DNA of 32,000 bases, from the NCBI GenBank assembly GCA_964514965.1, contig CAZETV010000001.1, positions 180,001-212,000 on the forward strand, written 5' to 3'. Within the stretch, counting starts at the first letter, position 1, and every line of letters begins with the position of its first letter. This stretch comes from Candidatus Hadarchaeota archaeon. GTDB lineage: Archaea; Hadarchaeota; Hadarchaeia; Hadarchaeales; Hadarchaeaceae. The translations under genes and the position numbers were made by a program. The notes under the pieces were generated by a model. That model was not told the DNA's origin. It saw only the letters and a program-made list of their open reading frames with translations, and ran no database searches. Shown piece by piece: positions 15,528-23,890 of this stretch.

Positions 15528-16736
15528 TCAGATCACGGCCAAAAATAGGGGTAGGGTGTCCTCATCCAGTACCTCCACGCTTTTGGGGTACTTCCTGTGC
15601 GGTTTCCCCGCCTTCACCTCTATTTTCAAATCGGCCGCCATGCAATCTATCTCATAGGAATTTCTGAAGTAGAAAACTTCCCCAAATTTTCTGGACAAAT
15701 GTGACTGGACCACCCACTCATACAGAGCGCCCTTCAGAAACTCCTGCCCGCTCCAGAGGGACAAACTCCTAGCCATGAAGGGGTCGATGAAAAATACTTT
15801 CTTCTCCTTTCGGTGCAGGATCTTTTCCCCCTCCTTACATCTCGCCAAATCCAGGATGAGCAGACTTTTCAGCAGCTCCAGATATTCGGCCACGGTTTTG
15901 TAGGAATACCCGGAGGTATCCTTGGATATCGTGGTATAGCCGAGCGGGGAAGGGGCCTTTTTGAATATCGAGGAAAGCACCTCCCTCGATAGGGAAACGC
16001 TCCTGCCCAACCTCAGGACCTCCCCCTCGAACGCCCTTATGAAATCCTCATCCGCCCTTGGGTCCCCGTTTATCGAGAGCGGAAATCCACCTTTCTTCAG
16101 ATAATCCCCAAACGCTCGCTTTATCTCCTCTTCCTGGACGGCGGCTTTTTTCGCGTCCTTGTTCGCGTCCCCGGTGGTCTTTATCTTTACACCGTGGACC
16201 TCCAAGAATTCCCTGAAACTCAAGGGGTAAACAGTTATCTCCCTCCCCATTCCCCTCCGCCCGGGAAAAAACTCCACATCCCCCCTCAGTTTTAGGGAGG
16301 AGGAACCTGTTATGGTCAAGACATCGTCCTTGAACGCGCCCAGGTCCACGTATCCTTTTACGACCCTCCACCAGCCTTTTACCCCTGTGACCTCGTCCAA
16401 AAAAATAAAGCTAGAACCATGGCCGAGAGACCTTCTGAATTCCAGATAAGCATCCATAACTTTTCTCAGCGAGTATGCGTCCGGGGAGAGGTCACAGTTG
16501 AAGTAAAATATCCTCTCCGCCTCTACCTTTTTCAGCAGATCGTCGACCATGAGCTTTAATCCAGTTGTTTTGCCTATCTGCCTCGGCCCGATGACGAAGT
16601 TCAATGAAAAGGACTTCAGCGAGATGTCTTTTATCCAGTTCGGCACCCATTTAATCCTCATCCCTTCCCATTTCGCAAAGTGATAATCTTTTTCCCCCTT
16701 CCACCAAGGGTTATGCCTTATCACGAGGTTTCTCAT
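15528..16736 (-). CDS. P-loop ATPase with a C-terminal PD-(D/E)xK-like domain (AAA_14 + DUF4143-type architecture, COG1373-like)
   Basis: The N-terminal ...RHNPWWKGE is typical of this family. Walker A is VIGPRQIGKTTGL and Walker B is SFIFLDEVTG. The C-terminal motif is YEIDCMAADLKIEVKAGK (D...ExK). The gene has its own AT-rich upstream region with TATA-like ttataag/ctataaa elements (16737-16790). Confidence 0.75.
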   Translation of the reverse strand: MRNLVIRHNPWWKGEKDYHFAKWEGMRIKWVPNWIKDISLKSFSLNFVIGPRQIGKTTGLKLMVDDLLKKVEAERIFYFNCDLSPDAYSLRKVMDAYLEFRRSLGHGSSFIFLDEVTGVKGWWRVVKGYVDLGAFKDDVLTITGSSSLKLRGDVEFFPGRRGMGREITVYPLSFREFLEVHGVKIKTTGDANKDAKKAAVQEEEIKRAFGDYLKKGGFPLSINGDPRADEDFIRAFEGEVLRLGRSVSLSREVLSSIFKKAPSPLGYTTISKDTSGYSYKTVAEYLELLKSLLILDLARCKEGEKILHRKEKKVFFIDPFMARSLSLWSGQEFLKGALYEWVVQSHLSRKFGEVFYFRNSYEIDCMAADLKIEVKAGKPHRKYPKSVEVLDEDTLPLFLAVI

Positions 16737-16865
16737 GATAGAATTTATAGTTCTAACTACTTATAAACATTTAGAAACCTAACTTCCATTATTGAACGGC
16801 TCCGTCCTGAATCCCAATTCTCCCTCTTAACTTCATCTCTCTGCCACGTTGATATTTTTGAACCG

Positions 16866-17642
16866 TCACCTCACCACGTTCATAAATCCAAACCCGAGCG
16901 AGTTCAGCTCTCCGAACCCGGCGTCCAGTCCGAACTGCAATATTTCCCTCCGCATTTCGTCCAGATAACTGAACATGAAACGCCAAAGGGAGCCCAGAAC
17001 CTTCACCTCCTTTCCCCCGAACACAACGTGGGCGCAGGCCGTGTTCATAAACTCGAACTGCTCGAATATCGGGGACTCCTCAATCGCCTTGCCGTAAAAC
17101 TCGCGATATTTCTTGAACAGATTTTCCTCCAGCTGCCTGACGAACGGCTCGAACGGCCATTGCTCCCTCCAGTAGATGTAATCGTAATCCTTGGGCGGGA
17201 CGATGCCGTACTTCTCAAATTTCTCCTTGGGTATGCGGAGCACGATGGGCGTGCCGGTGATCAGCCTGCAAGACCTGCCGATTCTGGGCTCGAGCGGCTT
17301 CACCGACTCAACGCCGAACGACATGTCCCCGATGTTAACGGGCACCCGCTCTTCCATTATGCGCTCCAATTTGTCGTTCAGGAGTTTTATGATCCCGACC
17401 TCCGGGGAGGATATCAGAAATTGCCTGAGCTCACCCTTCTCCATGCTCTCGGACGGATTCTCTTTCGTGCCCTTTGGTGGAAAGATGTTCGAGAAGCAGA
17501 AGAACTTGTACCCCCGCCTGTCGTGAAGTTTGACATACGGCGTTTCATTGAGCAGGCCATAGATGAAACCCTGGAGCTTGCGGTGATATTTCAATTCATA
17601 CGCTTGGTTCTTCAACGACTTCAATTTGATAAGGAGCCTCAT
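16866..17642 (-). CDS. cas6: Cas6 crRNA-processing endoribonuclease
   Basis: 258 aa. The N-terminus is MRLLIKLKS...YELKYHRKLQGFIYGLL. The C-terminal glycine-rich loop is GLDAGFGELNSLGFGFMNV, the Cas6 hallmark. G+C is like cas1/cas4, not like the AT-rich interference genes. Confidence 0.88.
   Translation of the reverse strand: MRLLIKLKSLKNQAYELKYHRKLQGFIYGLLNETPYVKLHDRRGYKFFCFSNIFPPKGTKENPSESMEKGELRQFLISSPEVGIIKLLNDKLERIMEERVPVNIGDMSFGVESVKPLEPRIGRSCRLITGTPIVLRIPKEKFEKYGIVPPKDYDYIYWREQWPFEPFVRQLEENLFKKYREFYGKAIEESPIFEQFEFMNTACAHVVFGGKEVKVLGSLWRFMFSYLDEMRREILQFGLDAGFGELNSLGFGFMNVVR
16870..16886. repeat. 17-bp perfect direct repeat, copy 2 (inside the cas6 3' end)
   Basis: ctcaccacgttcataaa, identical to 15479-15495. 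Confidence 0.85.
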
Positions 17643-17660
17643 TACATCAAGCCTACACAG

Positions 17661-18824
17661 CTAAAGTCTGCGAATCTCCGCTACCCGCTCCAAAGACTCC
17701 TCTTCCTTAGGAGCCAGCGGTTTTTCCTGCGTCCATACCGGTAGGGGTCTCCTCTGCATCTTGATCCGCTGGAACTCTCTCCCGGCCTTGAGCTTCTTCT
17801 CCTTCGAGGTCTTCCTGATCGCATCGATGCCGGGCTTGACTCCCTCGAGATCGAGCACGTCAAGTTCCTCAAATCTCCGGGCAATATCGAAGGCGTCGGA
17901 GCCAGTTTGCGTTCGGACGAGCACCGTGGACCTGCCGAGGGGTGACCCTGCCGCACCCACCGAGATGTCCGCGAGCTCAGCCGCGAAGTCCATACACACT
18001 TTGCACGGTTGACAAACGTACCGCTCCACCGATTCTAAAGCAAGCTCGCGCCTTGGTTTTTGCTTGAGGTAGATGATGAATCGCCCCCGTTTAATGTCGA
18101 ACTTCACGACCTCGGTGAGGTGAGTGCGAAGCTGATTCTGGATGACGCCCCTGAAAAATTTCTCGTATTCAAAAGCGTGAGTACAGAACAATCCTATGCG
18201 GAGCGCGATCGCCCCACCCAAACGGCGGTTGGTCAGCTCCGAGAGCTGCATCCGGCGCGAGGCGATAATCTGGCAAGGTGTACCGACAATTGCCACCCGC
18301 GAGGAGTAGTGCAGGTCAACGGCGTCTCGCAACCCCAAGAAGAGCGGCCCCATTGCATACTTCGAACCTGCGCACTCCATGAGTTCTTTGCGGCCCTTCG
18401 CAAACCTAGGGGTGGGCTGCCACGGCAGAGCCCCCACACCCATAACGATCGCGCCATCGATGAACCCGTTTTCGATGAGAGACGCCAGAAGCGCGGTGAC
18501 AGCCCCGCCATCTTGGGCGCGCGTCTTGATGTCGGGAGACTTCGCACAGACCGAAAGCGCTCGTTGATAGACACCGAACACCTCCTCGTCCGAAGCCTTT
18601 CTCCCAAAAATTTTTTCCTCGAGCCGCCTAAAATCGATCACCTGCGGACACTCATCGTAGCATATGCCGCAGTTTACGCAAGCCTTCTTTAAAACTGGGG
18701 TCACACCTTCCATCGCGAGGCACTCGAACGGGCAGGAGGCGACACATGCCCCGCAGGCGAGACAGTAACCGGGAGTCGTCACCTCCTCTATGAGATCATT
18801 GAATACTTTAGCCGTTCCCACCAC
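17661..18824 (-). CDS. Coenzyme F420 hydrogenase/dehydrogenase beta-subunit family protein (FrhB/FpoF-like) with an N-terminal 2x[4Fe-4S] ferredoxin domain
   Basis: The two Cys clusters are CLACGACVASCP and CVNCGICYDECP. They are followed by an FrhB-like body (AQDGGAVTALL...VGTPCQ). The stop is only 18 nt upstream of the cas6 ATG. Confidence 0.7.
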   Translation of the reverse strand: MVGTAKVFNDLIEEVTTPGYCLACGACVASCPFECLAMEGVTPVLKKACVNCGICYDECPQVIDFRRLEEKIFGRKASDEEVFGVYQRALSVCAKSPDIKTRAQDGGAVTALLASLIENGFIDGAIVMGVGALPWQPTPRFAKGRKELMECAGSKYAMGPLFLGLRDAVDLHYSSRVAIVGTPCQIIASRRMQLSELTNRRLGGAIALRIGLFCTHAFEYEKFFRGVIQNQLRTHLTEVVKFDIKRGRFIIYLKQKPRRELALESVERYVCQPCKVCMDFAAELADISVGAAGSPLGRSTVLVRTQTGSDAFDIARRFEELDVLDLEGVKPGIDAIRKTSKEKKLKAGREFQRIKMQRRPLPVWTQEKPLAPKEEESLERVAEIRRL

Positions 18825-18961
18825 CCCCAGTTAGAATTTTGACACCCCCAATGGATAGAGTGCGAGCAAAGTAAAGCCGTTTCACGTGCGCCCCTCAGCG
18901 ATTTTAAATTGTGAACTAAGTTTTATAAATTAACACACCAGGGCAAAAGCACCGCCTAGAA

Positions 18962-19939
18962 ATGTTCTCGCACGCTACCCCACTTCGAGTCTTTTCACGT
19001 CAAAGCTTTATCCGCGCTGTCCGAGTTCTAGCCGAGCGTGATCCATTGGCTAAAGCAGTGCTGGGAACGGTGAATGTCGGTGACAGCATGCCCGTGACGA
19101 TAATTTACGCCCTCAACCTGAGCTCCGACTCCTTCTACAGGGGCTCAATCGTCCGAAGTGAACGGGAAGCAGTGGGGAGGGCTTCAAAAGCGATCGAGGA
19201 GGGCGCCCGCATCATCGATTTAGGGGCGATGGGCACAGGGCCTAGGTCGAAGCCCATCTCGGCTGGACAGGAAATGCGTGAGTTAACCCCGGTAATCAGA
19301 GCTCTGGCCCGCGAGTTCGATGTCCCAATTTCGGCAGACACTCAACGGGCGGAAATTGCAGAGGCGGCCATCAACGCCGGGGCGACCGTGATCAACGATA
19401 TCAGCGGGCTCAAGGCCGACCCCAAGATGGCCGAAATTATCGCCAACGCTGGCTGCTCAGCTGTGCTGATGGCGACTAAGCGCGCCCCTGGAGACGTCTA
19501 CAAAATCAACGAGGTCCGTCAAGCTCTCGGGGAAAGCCTGCGCATATGCCGTGAGCGTGGCATCCAACTCAAAAAAGTCGTCCTCGATCCAGCGATTGGG
19601 TACTGGCCAGCTAGGCTTGAGAGGCTGGGCAAATACGCGAACGAGCCGTACGGAAAACTGCCTTACTCTACCGCAACTCTTTTTGATTTAAAAATCATAG
19701 CTGAACTGGGGAGGCTGAAGGGGTTGAAACGCCCAATCTGCCTCGGGATATCGAGGAAAACTTTCATCGGCAAAGTGCTTGACATGCCAGACCCAGCCGA
19801 TCGTCTCGTGGGCTCGCTCGCCGCGACCGCGATAGCTGTGCTCAACGGCGCCAGCGCGATTCGGACCCACGACGTGAAAGAAACCCTTCAAGCCGTCCGG
19901 TTGGCTGAAGCAATCCGAAATGCGGGAGGGGTGGAATGA
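18962..19939 (+). CDS. Dihydropteroate synthase-like pterin-binding protein (archaeal methanopterin/folate-pathway type)
   Basis: LNLSSDSFY, IIDLGAMGT...ISADTQRAEIAEAAINAGATVINDISGL and RTHDV are DHPS-fold motifs. The start is uncertain: ATG 18962 is possibly leaderless, with tttataaa at 18923-18930, and the alternatives are GTG 19058 and ATG 19088. Confidence 0.75.
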   Translation: MFSHATPLRVFSRQSFIRAVRVLAERDPLAKAVLGTVNVGDSMPVTIIYALNLSSDSFYRGSIVRSEREAVGRASKAIEEGARIIDLGAMGTGPRSKPISAGQEMRELTPVIRALAREFDVPISADTQRAEIAEAAINAGATVINDISGLKADPKMAEIIANAGCSAVLMATKRAPGDVYKINEVRQALGESLRICRERGIQLKKVVLDPAIGYWPARLERLGKYANEPYGKLPYSTATLFDLKIIAELGRLKGLKRPICLGISRKTFIGKVLDMPDPADRLVGSLAATAIAVLNGASAIRTHDVKETLQAVRLAEAIRNAGGVE

Positions 19940-20697
19940 GGATTCTAGGTTTGAAAATGCCGCTGATTAAGCCCGGAGACGACCTTTCGACGATGATAGC
20001 CAGAGCGGCTGAACAGGTTGGAGGCCTTAAGAATGGCGATACCATCGTAATCTCCTCTAAGGTTATCGCGACTGTGCAGGGCCGGGTGCGAGAACTCGCA
20101 AGGGTTCGCCCATCGACGCGCGCTATGAAGATTGCGGCGAAGAGCGGTCAGGACCCAGAGTTTGTCGAGCTCGTGCTGCGCGAGGCGAACCGCGTTCTCA
20201 GCATTTCGAAGGACGTTATTCTAACATTAAAAGATAAAGTAATTTGTGCGAACGCGGGAGTAGATAACTCAAATGCCCCCCCAGGCCATGCCATACTCCT
20301 GCCAAAAGACTCCAACCGAGCCGCGAGAGAACTGCAGCAAACAATCGCGCGGAAGATGAACGCCAAAGTTGGAATAATCATCGCCGACAGCAACGTCAAG
20401 CCCCTTCGTATGGGAACGATTGGCCAAGCGATAGGAGTGGCGGGATTGGAACCTATCTTAGATTGTCGGGGGCAGCACGACCTCTACGGCAAGCCGCTCC
20501 ATTTGACATTTCGGGCGCTCGCTGACCAGCTTGCCACAGCGGCGCAGATTGTGATGGGCGAGGCCGCCGAGGGGGTTCCCGTCGCAGTATTGCGGGAGAC
20601 TGGAGTTGAAATCGTAGAAAAGACGAAGCACTCACCGAATATTTCGCCCAAGAAGTGCATTTATAAAGATGTGCTAAATCTTTCGAAAAAAATTTAG
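19936..20697 (+). CDS. CofE-family (F420-0:gamma-glutamyl ligase-like) paralog
   Basis: 253 aa: ...IKPGDDLSTMIARAA...GDTIVISSKVIATVQGR...CANAGVDNSN...ADSNVKPLRMG. It is colinear with the CofE at 1063-1812 and has an ATGA overlap with the DHPS-like gene. Confidence 0.75.
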   Translation: MRILGLKMPLIKPGDDLSTMIARAAEQVGGLKNGDTIVISSKVIATVQGRVRELARVRPSTRAMKIAAKSGQDPEFVELVLREANRVLSISKDVILTLKDKVICANAGVDNSNAPPGHAILLPKDSNRAARELQQTIARKMNAKVGIIIADSNVKPLRMGTIGQAIGVAGLEPILDCRGQHDLYGKPLHLTFRALADQLATAAQIVMGEAAEGVPVAVLRETGVEIVEKTKHSPNISPKKCIYKDVLNLSKKI

Positions 20698-20789
20698 TGG
20701 TGGGCCCGCCGAGAGTCGAACTCGGGATCTTCACCTCTCCCACCAAGATGGATGTAAGGGTGACGTCTTAACCACTAGACCACGGGCCC
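20698..20789 (-). tRNA. tRNA-Val (anticodon UAC) with a putative 16-nt intron after position 37; CCA encoded
   Basis: The reverse complement is GGGCCCG TG GTCT AGTGGTTA AGAC G TCACC CTTACA [TCCATCTTGGTGGGAG] A GGTGA AGATC CCGAG TTCGACT CTCGG CGGGCCC A CCA. All four stems pair. Confidence 0.85.
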
Positions 20790-20915
20790 AGTTGATTTTT
20801 CGTTCCACAGATAAAAGTTTACTCGCCCAGAGCTCTCAGACGATCATGATTATCCCGGTGCTAAGATTCTTGTTCCCTTGGCATGACGTTATAACCGCGA
20901 GATTTTGTTTGAGTA

Positions 20916-21977
20916 TTAATCCGAGTTTGGTGTCTCTCCCGATGTCGCAGAAATACTGGAATTCATGGCGGTCAAGTTCAGAACTATTTCCGAAATATCA
21001 CTACTGTATTCAGCTATCCTCCGCAAACTCTCTGTAATAAGCCTCAAATTCATTGCATCTTGAATTTTGAAAATCGACTTTACCACTTTTTCTTCCAGAT
21101 TATAGATTTTATTCTTTTGCTCAATTACCTCTTCTGCAATTTCGTAATCCTCTTTAAACACGGCAGATACGGATTTCTCCAGTAAGGAATTAGCAAACGT
21201 ACTCGTTGCCAAGATATTTTGCATGATCCCCTTACTGACGGGTGTTTTGATGAGCTTGACTTTCTCGGCAATTGAAGAAGCGTGGTCAGCAATCCTCTCC
21301 ACACTTTTAACTATCAACCTGTAACCAAGGCAATCTCTCGCGTTCTCTAGGCCTATTTCCTTGATCAGCCTAGAATCTTGCACCGCCGACTTAATTTGCC
21401 TTATAATGTACATGCTGAATCTGTCCACTTCATTATCCATTTTAATCACTTCACCCGCAATTTCTTTGTCCAATTTTTCTAAAGCTGAAATAGCATCTTT
21501 TTGCATGGATGACGCTATTAAACACACGCGCCTGAGAGCATCCTTGATGGAGAGTTCTGGGTAGCTGAGTAACACCTGCAAAGTCATCTTTTCAGCGGAA
21601 TCCGATATTATCTCTATTCCAACTAATTTTTCTCGGATGAAATTCTTGACGATTTCTCTCTGAGGGGAACTGATTTTATTATCCGTAGCGATTAAATGGA
21701 TGATGTTGTATCCAACAAGATAGAGCGAGATAATCTTTCTAGCTATTTTATAGGGGTCGTCATTCGGGAAAACTTGAATAGTAACTTCAGCCTGCTTTTT
21801 TTGCCCCTTAATACTTGGTGGAAAAACTTGTAATGAAGAATTTCCCTGTTTTTTTATTATTAGACTGTCTCCAGGCTTGACCTTCATTTCTGTGACCCAG
21901 CTCTTAGGCAAAGAAATTATGTAAGTAGATCCACCTGTCACTTGAACCTTTCTAATTTCATCTTTTTGATCTCTCAT
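20916..21977 (-). CDS. Phosphate-uptake regulator: N-terminal AbrB/SpoVT DNA-binding domain plus tandem PhoU domains
   Basis: VQVTGGSTYIISLPKSWVTEMKVKPGDSL is the AbrB-type swapped hairpin. The repeated PhoU-like helices carry RIADHA and RIAEYS motifs. The gene is divergent from pstS. Confidence 0.8.
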   Translation of the reverse strand: MRDQKDEIRKVQVTGGSTYIISLPKSWVTEMKVKPGDSLIIKKQGNSSLQVFPPSIKGQKKQAEVTIQVFPNDDPYKIARKIISLYLVGYNIIHLIATDNKISSPQREIVKNFIREKLVGIEIISDSAEKMTLQVLLSYPELSIKDALRRVCLIASSMQKDAISALEKLDKEIAGEVIKMDNEVDRFSMYIIRQIKSAVQDSRLIKEIGLENARDCLGYRLIVKSVERIADHASSIAEKVKLIKTPVSKGIMQNILATSTFANSLLEKSVSAVFKEDYEIAEEVIEQKNKIYNLEEKVVKSIFKIQDAMNLRLITESLRRIAEYSSDISEIVLNLTAMNSSISATSGETPNSD

Positions 21978-22110
21978 TCGTTTTCACCAATAAAAGCGAA
22001 GTAAAAAGTTAAATATATAGTTTTCTATAGTACGCTTTTTAATATATAGAATATTTGGATAACTCATAAATAATCCATTTTCTATATATAATTCAAAAAA
22101 AGAGGATAAA

Positions 22111-22950
22111 ATGAAGGGCACAATATTGGCTGTGATGAGCTTGGTAGTGGTGGCAGCGCTAATTGGCGGATGGATAACATCACTGAATTCGGGAGAAGAT
22201 GTTGAGACTAGATCAATAATGGTGACAGGGTCAACAACCGTACTGCCAATAGCCCAAGCAGCTGCAGAATCTTGGATGGATACCCACCCAAACGATAGTA
22301 TCTTCGTGGAGGGTGGAGGGTCTGGCGTCGGTATTGCATCGCTGACAGATGGGACATGTGATATTGCCGATTCTTCAAGAGAGCTAAAGACCGAGGAGCA
22401 AGAGGGAAGGAACTTGATTAAACACAAGATCGCTTTGGATGCAGTTTGCGTGATAGTTCACTCAAGCAATGTAGTCAACGGATTGACGATTGACGAAGTT
22501 AGACAGATATTTGACGGAGAAATTACCAACTGGAGCGAAGTAGGTGGAGCCAACCTTGAAATAGTCGTCTACACGAGAGAGTCCACATCTGGAACTTTTG
22601 AAACATTTAAAGATTTAGTAATGGAACCGGGTGGCAAGGAGATAACGGTCGAGGCGATAAATAAGAACTCGAATGGTGAGATGGCACAAGCAGTAAGCGA
22701 CAACCCCAACGGGATTGGCTATGTGGGTATAGGCTACTTAGCTACAAATTCTGGGATTAAGGGACTAAAACTAAACAACATTGCACCATCCAATGAAACC
22801 GTGCGGGATGGAACTTATCCTATCTCCAGATTCCTGTACATGATCACGAATGGAGAGCCCCAAGGACTTGCCAAAGACTTCATAGATTTCGTGCTGAGCC
22901 AAGACGGTCAGGCGATAGTAGGTGAACAGGGCTTTGTACCACTGCCATGA
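22111..22950 (+). CDS. pstS: Phosphate ABC transporter substrate-binding protein PstS
   Basis: An N-terminal membrane anchor is followed by VTGSTTVLPIAQAAAE, GGGSGVGI and TYPISRFLYM. The gene is in pst operon context. Confidence 0.88.
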   Translation: MKGTILAVMSLVVVAALIGGWITSLNSGEDVETRSIMVTGSTTVLPIAQAAAESWMDTHPNDSIFVEGGGSGVGIASLTDGTCDIADSSRELKTEEQEGRNLIKHKIALDAVCVIVHSSNVVNGLTIDEVRQIFDGEITNWSEVGGANLEIVVYTRESTSGTFETFKDLVMEPGGKEITVEAINKNSNGEMAQAVSDNPNGIGYVGIGYLATNSGIKGLKLNNIAPSNETVRDGTYPISRFLYMITNGEPQGLAKDFIDFVLSQDGQAIVGEQGFVPLP

Positions 22951-23005
22951 ATCTGAAAAAGCCGCAGCAGCATCTTTGCCATCTTTATTTTTTTGAGGTA
23001 TATTT

Positions 23006-23890
23006 ATGAGCGGAAAAAAATTTGTTCAAATTTTTTCTGGAAAATTATTAACGGCAATCTTCGCGTCGGTCTCTATTTTAGCAATCCTTTTCATATTTGT
23101 TTTCATTTTTTCACAAGGTTTACCAATTTTTGAGCGAGTTAGTATATCTAATTTCTTGTTCAATACCCAATGGCGTCCAACAGCTACTTCCCCATCCTTT
23201 GGAATTCTGCCTCTAGTCTATGGGTCACTTCTTGTCACAGGTTTAGCTTTGCTGATAGCAGTCCCGCTTGGCATTTTAGGAGCAATATATATCGCCGAGA
23301 TTTCTCATCCTAAGCTCAAAGAGATTCTAAAGCCAGTAATAGAGATCCTCTCGGCCATCCCCTCTGTAGTTTATGGATTTTTCGGGTTGCTTGTTTTAGT
23401 TCCTTTTATTAAAAATACTTTTGGACTTCCTGTAGGCGAAACCGCGCTCACTGGAGGAATAATTCTTGCCATAATGGTCCTACCAACAATCCTGAGCATC
23501 TCGGAAGATGCGATGAGTTCTGTGCCAAGAGAGTACAAGGAGGCTTCTTTGGCCCTAGGTGCGACTAGATGGCGGACAATCAGGAGCGTGACAATACCCG
23601 CAGCCGCATCGGGGATAAGTATAGGCATAATCCTCGGATTTGGTAGGGCGATCGGTGAAACCATCGCAGTAATGATGGTATGCGGAGGTTCCCCGATAAT
23701 TCCTATCTCGATTTTCTCCCCTGTTAGAACAATGCCACAGACAATAGCGGCTGAGATGGGAGAAGCTGTATTCGGAAGTGTCCACTACAATGCTCTATTT
23801 GCCCTAGGAATAGTCCTCTTTATCATAACTTTTTTGCTTAATTCACTTGCGGGCAGGTTACTGAAAAGAGGTTGGAGCGGAAGGAGATGA
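23006..23890 (+). CDS. pstC: Phosphate ABC transporter permease PstC
   Basis: It has six TM helices and the EAA-type loop EASLALGATRWRTIRSVTIP. Confidence 0.88.
   Translation: MSGKKFVQIFSGKLLTAIFASVSILAILFIFVFIFSQGLPIFERVSISNFLFNTQWRPTATSPSFGILPLVYGSLLVTGLALLIAVPLGILGAIYIAEISHPKLKEILKPVIEILSAIPSVVYGFFGLLVLVPFIKNTFGLPVGETALTGGIILAIMVLPTILSISEDAMSSVPREYKEASLALGATRWRTIRSVTIPAAASGISIGIILGFGRAIGETIAVMMVCGGSPIIPISIFSPVRTMPQTIAAEMGEAVFGSVHYNALFALGIVLFIITFLLNSLAGRLLKRGWSGRR

Noticed and set aside
17590-17603. atttcaat 8-mer (start of the CRISPR repeat) inside the cas6 5' region
   Set aside because: Only 8 nt match and the following bases diverge. That is about what chance predicts for two strands of 32 kb.
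22000-22110. Repeated ttttctata motifs and TATA-rich sequence between the PhoU/AbrB regulator and pstS
   Set aside because: These are probably ordinary divergent archaeal promoters, possibly with regulator sites. Nothing unusual can be supported without comparative data.
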